From Callorhinchus milii (lineage: Eukaryota): a stretch of DNA of 64,000 bases. Both the position numbers and the translations under genes were made by a program. The notes below the pieces were generated by a model. It had not been told where the DNA came from, made no database searches, and saw only the letters and a list, made by a program, of their open reading frames with translations. The first letter of the stretch is position 1; every line of letters starts with the position of its first letter. Location: contig NW_024704743.1 in assembly GCF_018977255.1 (NCBI RefSeq), positions 98,892,001-98,956,000 on the forward strand. The letters run 5' to 3'. Positions 1 through 11,314 of the stretch are shown one piece after another.

Positions 1-897
1 TAACATGAACATCAAAAGTAGTTCAATCCATTCGGATCACTCCATCATTCTATATTCTTTCACTGAAAGGGAATCTGATGGAATAAATTTGGCACAATGG
101 TCAAACGATTGAAAGCTATCTCACAGTTTGTTTCCATTTCAGCGATCTCACAGTTTGTTTCCATTTCAATAAAAAGATTAGACAGTATATGACTGATAAT
201 AAACTTGCTTTTGGAAATACTTAAGATATTATAAAGAAAAATAAGAATGTGGTTAAGAACAAAGATGTTCTACCAATCTTAACTTCTATTTGTTGCATTT
301 TACACACGACATTATCTTGCAACTGGAAACACTCAACAAGAAAAGGCACGTTCTACATCACAATTATTTTCATGACTTATAACCATGGAATGAAGGAAAT
401 ACAATAACAGCGATAACTGTAGTTATATTGGTTTATCACATGCCATTAAATTATTTGGGTCCGGACAATGGATTACAAAGGTTTTCATTCCAGACCATAC
501 ATATGGGGTGAAGGTCCTGGCTCCACCCACATGAAATTAGTTTGTGAAGTTTTTATTCCTCTTGCTATTTGTGGAATATTTCTGGTACCAATTAGCTGCC
601 ACATTTCACCTACACAGCAACATCCTATATTTCACATGATCTTTTCATTTTTCCTACAGTCACTACACTTTAAACTGAAAACTTCAGCAGCTTGGGACGT
701 CTTCCCGACGTGAAAGGCACTATACAAAGGTAATTTGTTGTTGTTGAAGAATCCTATCAAGCGCTTTGAGAGGTCCTCTTGACGTGAAAGAATAAAAATT
801 ATTATGATGTATTAGAGGTACCCGTTGCAGCTATGCTTGCAACCATGTTGCAAACAGTCGGGGATTGCATGACCAACGACTGCACATGTGTGATAAT

Positions 898-1221
898 ATA
901 ATAATATAAATATAATAATCCTTGCATTTGATATAGTGCTTTTCACGTCTTCTCGACGTCGCAAAGCGCTTCACAGAATAGACTGTAAAGTGAATTGACT
1001 GTATATTTGTGAGCGAAATGCGGCAGCCAATTGCACACAGCAGTGTCCCACAAACAGTCGTGGATCAAAAATGACCAATTCATTATTGTTTTGTCTTGGA
1101 GGGATTATTATTAGGCGTGTGGAGTAAGGAAATTTGCTCAAGGTTTTGCCCTGCCTGGAATTGAACCCAGGTGTCTCGCTTGCAAGGCGAGTGCTCTAAC
1201 CACTGAGCTACAGGACTCCAC
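898..1221 (-). mobile_element. Full-length young tRNA-derived SINE (tRNA-Ala-like head, Deu-like core, L2-type tail)
   Basis: Minus strand has A box TAGCTCAGTGG, B box GGTTCAATTCC, core tgtttgtgggacactgctgtgtgcaattggctgccgc and a (TTA)n-type tail; tgataat flanks both ends (891-897 and 1222-1228). Confidence 0.92.
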
Positions 1222-2225
1222 TGATAATCTTGTTTAGGTCATAGCTCATCAGCGATAGGAGTTCCCCCCCAAAAAAAATATGCCCATGACATCTCCCATG
1301 CAAGACCTTTCCAATCAGGTATAAATTCTGTCTCTATGTTAATTGGTTATTGCGTTAATGACAGACAGACACATAGACATTTCGTCTTTATTAGTATAGT
1401 TGATCATCTCATTCTTTGTTATTAGTTTTAGAGTCCATCAGCCTTGGATTCAGAAATATGTAAAGGGACCAACCGCATTGTACCTCTTTTTAAAAAAAAG
1501 ATTAAATTCTCCCTTTTATATCTCTTCCTACTCCAAATTTACCCCAAATTCAAATCAATATCCACTCAGCTCATTGATGGCACAAATTAGCTGTCATGTT
1601 TGCCTATATTATATAACATTCACTTCATTTCTGATGAATTTTTTTTGCAAAGCACTGCCGGTATATATGTGAAGGGCATCATATAAATTCAAGTTGTTGG
1701 AAGACTCAACTCAATTTCATATCAATTTAATTATTTAGTATTAACAGTGCATCATTCCGGAAAGCACCAACTCTTACTAGGGCATGGATCCAGGTACCTG
1801 ACACACTAGAGTACTTCATCTATATGACTTTTCTGTATGCACAAGAGTAGGCAGTGTGCCAGCACACAATTCAATTGTGGACCCCTCAAAGGATTTACTC
1901 TAATATGAAGTGACCGTATTTGTATTTCAAGTGACATGTGGGAGCCAACATGCAGACAGCAATGTTCCACAAATAATCATGGGGTCAATGTCCATTTTTT
2001 ATCTGGAGGATTTCTAGCATGACAAGGCCCCTTCTCTTTATGAATAGTACCATGGGATCTTTAAAGTTCACCTGAAAAGGCAGCAGTGATCTTGGTTTAA
2101 ATATCTCATTTGAAGGGAGGCAACTCCGACAATGCAGTGAACCCCTAGCACAACGTCTAGTGTAAGCTTAGACTGTGAGTTTGAAGTCCCATTGTAAGGC
2201 TTGAAACATACACAACCTTCTGACT

Positions 2226-2560
2226 CAACAACAACAAAATTACATGTGTATAGCGCCTTTCACATTGGGAGGATTTCCCGAGGCGCTGGACAGTCAATGT
2301 TTTGGACCCGAGGTGAGTGGAGGGTAAGTGAAGTGAAGTGAAGCAAGCCAGAGCCCACTGAGCGGAGGGAGCGGGCAGGATGGTAAGGGGTTAGGAGGTC
2401 ACAGAGGTAGGTGAGAACAAGGCCATGGAGGGCTTTGAAGGTGAGGACCAGGATCTTGAACTATATCCACTGAGTGATGGGAAGCCAGTGGAGTTGGGTG
2501 AGGATGGGGTTGATAAGATCACAGAAGCTATGCTGTCAAGGGCTATGCTGGATACAGTTC
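2226..2560 (-). mobile_element. L2 3' fragment (other short L2 ends at about 3540-3990 -, 14700-14955 +, 15960-16345 -, 23795-23930 -, 24340-24625 +, 50825-51280, 54355-54910 -, 60610-60970 -)
   Basis: Shared L2 3' end (cagcgccttgggacgtcctcc.gacgtgaaaggcgct...ttgttgttg) and LHWLP/FKIL-type coding remnants. Confidence 0.85.
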
Positions 2561-2779
2561 TCTCCTGATAGCCACACACTGACATTTTTAAGGAGTTACA
2601 GGCTAACAATCAAAAGCAGGAATCCTCGTAGATTTCTTCCTTTCTTACCCCTTGGGAGACTAATTGAAACCATACCTCAGCAAGACTCATCTCCTGTAGG
2701 AAATTGTTTTTTGACTTTTCCAACCCATAATCATTATCTTTATTATTTACTTTTAGTAAAAATGTACTCTTCATTCGTA

Positions 2780-2982
2780 TTAATAATAATCCTTGCATTT
2801 GATATAGCGCTTTTCACGTCGGGAGGACGTCCCAAAGCGCATCACAGAACACACCGTGAAGTGAATTGACTGTATATTTGTGGGTGAACACGGCAGCCAA
2901 TTGCGCACAGCAATGTCCCACAAACAGTCGAAGATTGAAAATGACCAATTTATTATTGTTTGTTTTGGAGGGATTATTATTC
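2780..2982 (-). mobile_element. 5'-truncated young SINE (similar partial copies at about 24050-24221 +, 26709-26835 -, 32055-32155 -, 43510-43610 -, 47806-48005 -, 54587-54700 -)
   Basis: Shared tail atccttgcatttgatatagcgcttttcacgtc...gtgaattgactgtatatttgtgg. Confidence 0.88.
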
Positions 2983-4119
2983 AGAATATAGTTAATCTTA
3001 AACATCACCATGAATGTATTAAATCCCTTTAAAATAAGCAAGAGAACCAAATTAACATGGGATGTGAACCAAGAGTGAAATCAAGCCAAATAGCAAAGGA
3101 AAATCATCAAAAATAAAAGCTAGGAAAAGAACACCAAAGAGGGCTCCTCAATGTTTTAACTCTATGGAGTATATGACATAACTAGAGTAGTATTTCTGCA
3201 GCAGAGCCTGAATAAATATTGCAAATTTGTGATTATTACAAGAACACAATAAAAAAGGAAGTTTAGCAATAGTTCTTACCCCAATCATTATTAAGAATTG
3301 AGTCTTTTCATAATAGAGCAACATTAGTGGTAATATATTTATTACATTTGTGCTCCCTTTACAGACTGTGCCCAGAACTTTTGTTTTCTTTCTTGTTGCA
3401 TCAATTTGAATTTAAACAGCACACGTCACACATTATAGCATCTTAGATCGCTTAACAATTACATAGTTTGACACCAAGCCGGGAAAAGGGGGAGGTGACT
3501 GTTGGCACGATCGAGGAGGAAATCTTCACTTGCAAACTGAACAACAACAACAACAACAACAACAAGATTCCATTTATAAAGCGCCTTTCACGTCAGGAGG
3601 ACGTCCCAAGGCGCTGCACAGTTGGGTCATGACCCGAGCAGGGGGGAAATGGTCAGGGTGAGGGGAGGGAGGGAGCAAGGAAGGGGGAAATGGTCAGGGT
3701 GAGGGGAGGGAAGGGAGGGAGCGAGGAGGGGGAAGAGAGTCGAGAGGGGAGCTGAAGGCACGGTCAAAGAGAAAGGTTTTGAGACCGGCCTTGAAGGAGG
3801 AAAGGGAGGAAGCAAGGCGAGACTGTCATAGCAGAGGCATGGAGTTTCAGAGGTTAAGGGCATAACGGTTGAAACCACAGCAGGCTATTGAATGGAAGGA
3901 TTGAGGGACCGAAGGTCTGAGCTGGCTGAGCGAAGGCGGCAAGTAGAGGAGTTGGGTGTGAGCAGGTTGGAGAGATAGAGGGATTCCTCAGGCATGGTTT
4001 GTAGGTGTGTGGGAGGCTAACTTAGTTGCTGAAACACCAAATTCTACATAAAATGACTGAAAAAGAAGAGACTTGCATATTCTCTGTAAATACAACTATC
4101 AAAGCAATGAACATAATAC

Positions 4120-5170
4120 AACAACTTCCACTTATATAGTGCCCTCAACTGCAGAGTAGCGTCTCAGAGCTCTTAACAGTGGCGGAGCCTGACTCCGGGC
4201 TGGGGGGAGGTGGCCATAAGCACGGTCGAAGAGGAAAGTCTTCAGGCAGGACCTGAAAGAGGGGGGAGAGGTGGCAAGGCAGAGGGATCGGGGGAGAGTG
4301 TTTCAGAGTTTTAGGGCTAGTGATCGAAAACATGACCTCCGATGGTGGGGCGGAGGGTGCGAGGGATGAGCAGGAGGCCGGTGCCAGTCGAGCGGAGGCG
4401 CCGGATGGTGGATTGGGGAGTGAGGAGGTCGAAGAGGTAGGGAGGTGCCAGGGAGTGAATGGAAGAGAAGTGAACACGAGTGTGAGGATCTTGAAGTCAA
4501 TATGTTCAGTGATGGGGAGCCAGTGGTGAGATGTAATAATAATAATAATCCGTGCATTTGATATAGCGCTTTTCACGTCGGGAGGACGTCCCAGAGCGCT
4601 TCACAGAACATACTGTAAAGTGAATTAACTGTGTATTTGGGGGGAAACGCGGCAGCCAATTGTGCACAGCAATGTCCCACAAACAGTCGTAGATTGAAAA
4701 TGACCAATTTATTATTGTTTTGGTTTTGAGGGGATTATTATTAGGCGTGTGGATAAGGAAACTTGCCCAAGGTTTCGCCCTGCCTGGAATTGAACTCAGG
4801 TCTCTCGCTTGCAAAGCGAGTGCCCTAACCACTGAGCTACAGGACTCCACAAAGGTATGTAGGTATGGAGTTTGGGTCAGTATGCGGGTGACAGAGTTTT
4901 GAATGAGCTGGATCTTGTGATTGGTGGAGCTGAGGAGCCAAATAGGTGACAAACGCATGCACGAGGGTTTTGGCTACATTTGGGGTAAAGTACGGTCTCA
5001 GGCGGGCAATGTGGCGAAGGTGGAAGAAGGTACCGGATGTGGGGGAAGAAGGACAGCTAGGGGTTGAACCGGACACCGGACACTAGGTTGCGCACTAGTT
5101 TGGTGAGTCTGAGGGAGGGCCCAGGGAGATTGAGGAGTTTAGATCCACAGCAGTGAAGACGTGTGAAGTT
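4120..5170 (-). mobile_element. L2 LINE 3' fragment (different subfamily) split by a SINE
   Basis: HWLPITEHIDFKILTLVF and FFHLRHIARLRPYFTPNVAKTLVHAFVT motifs. Confidence 0.9.
4534..4850 (-). mobile_element. Full-length young tRNA-SINE nested in an L2 fragment
   Basis: Near-identical to 898-1221; interrupts L2 sequence on both sides. Confidence 0.92.
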
Positions 5171-5784
5171 ACTCAAACTGAAATGACCATAAAAAGATAG
5201 TAACAAGAAAATTGGTAATAATAATGTTACTAATCCTTGCATTTTACAACACGCCTTATTTCTTTTTAAAAAAGTCAAAGAACTTCACAAAGTTTTCTTT
5301 GTAAAGTGTAGTGAATACATAGTCTATAGGTGAACACAACAGCCAATTTCCGCAAAGCAATGACTCACAGAGAGTCTGCAATGAAGGATTTTTTTCAATT
5401 TGAGAGATTGATAGCCCAGACAATGGAAGAAACACCCGACTCCTTCTGAATAGTGTTATGGGATCTTTAATGGCTGCCTGAACAGACAGAACCGCAGTTT
5501 AACATCTCATTCAGACAACAGCAGTTGTGACAGTGCAGTGATCCCCCAGCACAGCACTGGAATGTCAGCCTCGACGTAGTTCAAGGTCCCAATGTGAGGC
5601 TTCAACCTGAAACCTTCAGGTATGCTGCTACCTGAGCCAAGGTGTTACCCAATACTGAAGCAAGGCACCTTTGGATAAGGAGGATAAATAAGGATAAAGA
5701 CTTGTAAGACAAACACATTCTTTATATCTAGAGTGATTCACTGACTCATTAATCATTGCTTTTACAGTAAAATACTGGAGGAAG

Positions 5785-6662
5785 CAACAACAAAATTACA
5801 TTTGTATAGAACCTTTCACATCAGGAGGACGTCCCAAGGCATTGGACAACCAGTGTTTCGGACCCGAGCTGGGGGTCGATATCGGGCAGCGTGGAGGGCG
5901 GGCAGGCGGGGGGGGTGGGGGGTAGGGTGACCAAAAGCACAGTCGAAGAGGAGAGTCTTGAGACGGGTCTTGAAGGAGGCAAGGGAGGTGGCGAGGTGGA
6001 GGGACTGCGGGATGGGGTTCCAGAGGGTGGGAGCAGAGTGGTTGAAGACCCACTCACCAATGGTGGGGTGGATAAAGCGGGGAACATGAAGCAGGCCAGA
6101 ACCCACTGAGTGGAGGGAGCAGGCAAGTTGGTAAGGGGTTAGAAGGTTGGAGAGGTAGGGGTAGCAAGGCCATGGAGGACTTTGAAGGTGAGGACCAGAA
6201 TCTTGAACTGTATTCTCTGTGTGATGGGAAGCCAGTGGAGTTGGGAGAGGATGGGGATGATAGGGTCACAGAGCCTGGTGTGGGAGAAGACATGGACTGC
6301 AGAGTTCTGGATGATCTGCAGCCTATGGAGGGAGGAGTTAGGGAGACCGACAAGCAGGGAGTTTGCGTAGTCGAGGCTGGATGCTATGAATGCGTGTATG
6401 AGGGTAGCCTGTGGTGACGGAGCCAAGCAATGTTGCAGAGGTGGGGGAAGTCAGAGCAGGTCTCACACGGATCTGGGGTAGGAAGGATAGTTGAGGGTCA
6501 AACAAGATGCCAAGGTACCGGGATGGCTTAGTAAGGTGGATTGTGCATCCTTGGATGGTGATGCTGTCAGCGCCTGAGGTGTGGAGGCGCTGACGGGAGC
6601 CAATCAGGAGGGCCTCGATCTTGTTGACGTTCAACTGTAGGACATTGGCTCTCATCCATAAC
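5785..6662 (-). mobile_element. L2 LINE 3' fragment
   Basis: [19 protein letters not shown] and LHWLPITQRIQFKILVLTFK motifs; tail at about 5785. Confidence 0.93.
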
Positions 6663-8642
6663 AAAAGCTCACTCACTGTTGCCTTACAGTTGAAAATCAC
6701 TTATTTATAATTAAGACTGTCTTACTTTCGCCAATGATTGGGGAGGTCTACATGGGCCAATAAGTGCAAAAATGTATCAGTGACCTGTATTGATGATTGT
6801 ACCTGCCTCTGGTGCTTATATTGCTGCTGAGGCAGTGTTGCCTTCAGAAATACCAATTAAAATAGCCTATTTGGGTGGGAAACAGAACATCCAGAGGCAG
6901 CAGTCCTGACTCATTAAGGTACAGTGCAGTTGACTTTAAGATACATCCAGTGTCATCCCTTCAGAATGAGGTTAAATAAATGCGTAGAAACCTTAAAAAC
7001 ACTTACTGGCATAATTAGTCCTCCCTCCCATCAGGCGATGCTGAACCAAATAGTCCTCGTACTAGGCCTGGTCATATAAGAACAAACCTTTTGAGGCGTA
7101 ACCAATATCTGTCATAATACACCTTATCCCAAGAACACAGACTCCACACAAGCTAACTATAGAAGAGAGGTCCGAAACACTCTGTGCTGTCTGATCCAGC
7201 ATCTGGCCACAGATATGAGGGACTATTTGAGTATTTGCAGCCAAGCAAGCAGGTTAAGCATCAAAAATTCAGATTTTACCTCTACCTAATGCAGATGCAA
7301 CAGACTATGGGAATTCTGTGAGGTACATCTGTGTTTCCAGCCACTACCTGGCTCAATGCTGTAAGACATCTGTCCTTTTTATAGTTGACCACATTTACTA
7401 AGTCAGTTTTACTACATTTGAATTTCTATATTTTGCCTCATGCTAAATTATCAATTTCCCACACCAAGACCCCAAAATGCTAATGACATTGTATTATTGA
7501 AGCCCATAAGAGCACAACATGCAAAACCGGTTCCAATTTAATTAAGAACCCCATATCTTACACATCAATTCTGCAATTCACCACAAAATTAATTGTGTAC
7601 TTTTTTAAAAAAAATAATTCTAGCATCAAGTACACTGTGGTACCATCAAGTGGACTCTTCAGGTAAGTAAGCATTTAATTAACTACCACAAACAGCCAAC
7701 ATGACCATAGAACATACTTCAAGGCATCAAAGCAGCACTAAACATTAGAAAGTCGATGCCAGTGTGCCTACCATGCCTGCCACAAAAAAAGTACCAAACA
7801 GATTTCAATCCCAATTTATTCACTGCACTGCATCTCCTAAAGCAGCAAAAAAAAGGCAGAAATTACTAAGCACCAGTTTCTAACACCTCATCGATGGTTA
7901 AACAGTCAAACTGTAACAGTCTGGATATAAACTGTGTGACTGCCTTCTCAGTTCGAAAGAGATGAATACAATTTTAGACGGGAAGTTACACGGCATGATA
8001 TGGCACAGAAACTGATCTTTCAGCCCAACTAGTTCATGCTGGTGTTTATATTCCAAACAAACCCCACTCTTCCTATTCCCGACAATAGATAATAAAATAA
8101 TATAATGGGGGAATCCCCAGACTAGTCATTCATTTTTATCAACACCAAGCTCCCAATTATAGGTGCTGAACCCTTCAGAAAGTAAATATGATCAGCATCA
8201 AACACCTTACACAGCTCAAATTGTTTCTCCCCCCCCACCCCTTGCAATTCAAATGCTAAAATCTAAGTTTGTTGCTGAAAACCACTGTCTTGGCAAGTAG
8301 AGAATTTTACAACTTATTAGATAATGCTGCAACAAACATTCGTTGAAAATAATATATAATTACTTCTGAGATGTAAAAAAAAAGCACAGTAAATCTTTTT
8401 ACATTACAAAAGATGAATGTTATTTTGCCACCCCTCATTTCCCCCTCTCCCACCTACCTACTGCAAATCACAAGATGTTTTGGAACCTTGCTATTGATGT
8501 TTCACTGTTTCCAACTTGTCAGAAATAGCAGAAATTATTTACATCTGCAAAGCAAGTGTGCCAGTGTTTTATCCTAGTGAAAAAATAATGCACCATGACC
8601 AATGAGACACTGGACCAGTCATCCCCAGGTGGTCTTAAATTA

Positions 8643-8872
8643 CGAAAACAAAAACAGAAGTCGCTGGGAACACTCAGCAGGTCAGGCAGCATCTATGGAG
8701 AAAGTAAAGTGAGTCAACGTTTCGGGTCCACGACCCTTCGTCAGAACCGTCGCGGACCCAAAATGTTGACTCACTTTCCTTTCTCCATAAGGTGCTGCCT
8801 GACCTGCTGAGTGGTCCCCAGCGACTTGTGTTTTTGTTTTCGGATTTCCAGCATCTGCAGTATTTCGCGTTT
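8643..8872. mobile_element. Small Penelope-like (PLE-derived) element with inverted arms and a hammerhead ribozyme motif
   Basis: Arms 8643-8734 and 8749-8842 are reverse complements. Flanked by tggtcttaaattac (8630-8643) and tggtcctaaattac (8873-8886), a TSD-like repeat. The minus strand contains CTGACGA-A-GGGTC-GTG-GACCC-GAAA-CGTT. Confidence 0.75.
8711..8747 (-). ncRNA. Minimal type I hammerhead ribozyme motif (PLE type)
   Basis: Core CUGACGA (8744-8738), 5-bp stem II GGGUC/GACCC, GAAA (8723-8720), palindromic ACGU in place of stem III, GUU as the NUH triplet. Stem I is only about 3 bp (GUU/GAC). Activity is unknown. Confidence 0.65.
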
Positions 8873-9149
8873 TGGTCCTAAATTACTATAATTTACCAGT
8901 TCAACAGAACTTAAAAATGTACAGCTCGCCAAGCAATACCATAACATGCATCCTTACACTAGGATACTTCAACTCATTAATGCACGGGAATTTATAATCT
9001 TAGCATGATCTTTGATGAGTATCAATACAGATCCTTTTGGATTCCGCAACATTTTTTTTGCAAGCGAGTTGGGCACAAAAACGTTCTGTTTTTTTTTCTT
9101 TAAATACTCCCAATGAACAACTTTTACTTTCGAAAAGGTTTTGACCCGA

Positions 9150-11050
9150 AGGTCTGTTGCACATTGCTGGGAGCACCGGCAGCGAACCGAGGTGATGAAA
9201 GTCAACGTGATATCTGTACACTTACCAGGAGGCATTCGCTGTTCACTTCACACTTCGGGTCTCTCAGCATGGAATCGATTTTTTCAAACCGGGCCTCCAG
9301 ATTGTCTCCCGACGACATGGTGGGTCCACTTTATTCTAGTAAATCTAATCCCGATTATAAAGAAAACTATGCATACAAAAAAATGCGTTGAAATATTACT
9401 CGGGTACAAGAGTGACAGTTGCTTCTTTTTCTTCGCTCCCCTTCTCCCCCCCCTCTCCCCTCCTTCCAGAGTAAGGACCAGAGGGATTTCGGAGCAAACG
9501 GCTTCACAGCATAGTTTCACCCGCACAGTTGCTTTGCAAAACGCCTTACAGTAAAAACTTTGGTGAAGGTTCGGGGAATCGCTCGCCACATCTTTTTTTT
9601 TTTTTTCTTTTTCTGTTTGCTTTTTGCTTTTTGTTGTTCGGGTAAAAGAAGAAGAAGAAGAAGAAGAAGAAAAAACACCACCACACACGCGAAAACTTTC
9701 CCAAGTTCTTCCTCGAGGTCTCGGAAGCTTCTTTTTTTGACAGAAGAGGGAGGGCCAAGCGGCCGCCCGGAAAGTGGCGCTTGAGGAGCGATAAAGAAGA
9801 GGGGAGAGGAGGGGGGGAGGGGAGGGGAGGGGAGGGGGGACTTTTAAATGTACATCTGTGCGTGGATATCCCCAAACGTTAAACCGTTGTGCAGTCAAGT
9901 CTCAAGTTCATCTTCCTTCACCCCCCCTTCCACAAAAAAAAAGTTTCGAAGCAAGTTTGCGCCAAGTCTCCCGTCCGCAGGTGAAAGGCCTAAACAGCCA
10001 AACACATCGGGAGCCTTTTGACAGCTGCAGTTCAGAGGGGAGAAAAAAAGAGGGGGGAAAAAAAAACACTTCTGCTAAAACGGTGCCTTGTCCAGAACAG
10101 GGCGCGCACTCCGTGTCTCACTCTCCTCACTCTCTCTCACTCTCTCTGCGCCCTCCGCGCACGTCGCCTGATATCAAAGCGTTTGTAGGTCCCGGATACC
10201 CAGCGGTGGGCGATGCTATTTTTTTAAAAAAAAAATAATTTCTCGCTGGAGTTTCTTTCTCTTTTTTTTCGTGTGTGTGTGTGTGTTGCGGAAAATAAAA
10301 TCAATGACGGCGACTCTTCTCCACCACCACCACCACCACCTCCTTCTTCTTCTTCTTCTTCTCTCGGAGGGCACGAGCCGCGGCTTGGCTTGGCCTTGGC
10401 CTGGCCTGGGCCGGACCCTTTCTTTCTTTAGTCGCCCTCACGGAGGTGGCTGCCTGACGGTTGCTGGTTTCTTCTGCCGACCAACATGTCCGTCTTCCTG
10501 CTCAGCAACAAGATCCCCGGCCTCCGAGCGAGAGCGGGCTGCGGGGGAGGAGCAGCGCGCAGGCGCATTCCAGGCAGAGGGAAAAAAAAACAGGCCTCAC
10601 AAGAGCGCAGGCGCAGTGGGACGGTGGGGGGAGGGGGGGGGCGGGCGCTCGGCGAGCCACAACCACGTGACACACACACGCACGCACACCGCGCGCGCTG
10701 GCGCCCGCGACAGGAACAGCCGCTGACCGCGCTGCGCAGGCGCCTTCCGAAAGCCGCCGACCGGCGGGTGGGTCTGGCAAAGGCTCCAACCGCCCTCAAG
10801 CACAGTGCGCAGGCGCCAATCTGCACAGCGCTAACCACTGCGCAGGCGCGAATCTTCGCAGCCGGCCCACTGATGTGCGCATGCGTCCCGCACACACACA
10901 CACACACAGCTCATGTGCAGTTTGCGCGCTTTCTCACTGAAACATATATATATGTGTGTGTGTGTGCGCGCTGCGGGGCGGTTGGTGTAAGCTCAGGCTG
11001 TAGCTGTGCAGCAGCTTCAAGATGCTCGTTGCTCGATTTCAACTGTAAAA
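9150..11050 (-). promoter_or_regulatory. ROCK1: CpG island covering the ROCK1 5' leader and promoter
   Basis: Dense CpG and high GC relative to the flanks, free of LINE/SINE. Contains GCGCAGGCGC x5, TGCGCATGCG, a GC box near 10636-10645 and ETS-like CCGGAAAGT/CAGGAAG motifs. TSS inferred near 10.5-10.6 kb. Confidence 0.85.
9226..9318 (-). CDS. ROCK1: Rho-associated protein kinase 1, first coding exon (31 codons, phase-0 donor)
   Basis: The reverse complement reads ggacccaccATG TCG TCG GGA GAC AAT CTG ... GAA TGC CTC CTG|GTAAGT, which translates as MSSGDNLEARFEKIDSMLRDPKCEVNSECLL. This matches the vertebrate ROCK1 N-terminus as I recall it (human MSTGDSFETRFEKMDNLLRDPKSEVNSDCLL). It has a good Kozak context and a canonical donor at 9225. 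It is too short for the ORF track. Exon 2 (DGLDALVYDLDF...) was not seen in 1-9225. Confidence 0.96.
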
Positions 11051-11314
11051 CACTGTAGGTTTGCAAGGATCCTGCCAGGAATGAGTGGACACAGCTGTCC
11101 TGAAAGGTGGAAGAGGTCGTAGCTTTTCTCTCTCTCTCTCTCTCTCTCGAGTTGAAACAATTGAGAGGGGGACCTGATCGGAATGTTTCAGATTACGAAA
11201 GGATTCTTCAATAAGATGGAAATTGGTAGGTTGGTTCCACTTGGTGAGTCCAAAATGAAGCAGCACAAATATAAGATTCCTAGCGGTAGAAAAGGAGTGG
11301 TCCTGATCCCTCCG

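Larger units (their letters stand above)
1..9225 (-). other. ROCK1: ROCK1 intron 1 (5' part; continues beyond the window start)
   Basis: Follows the GTAAGT donor at 9225; repeat-rich, with no further ROCK1 coding match seen. Confidence 0.88.

Noticed and set aside
118..168. 27-bp-period tandem duplication (similar ones at 21620-21655 and about 3643-3712), and a 24-nt near-palindrome at 23652-23675
   Set aside because: Two-copy slippage or foldback events without spacers or arrays; ordinary, and not CRISPR-like.
9284..11058. Overlapping 100-200 aa ORFs in the ROCK1 CpG island
   Set aside because: Low-complexity, GC-rich reading frames with non-ATG starts; the real coding exon is the 93-nt segment in a different frame.
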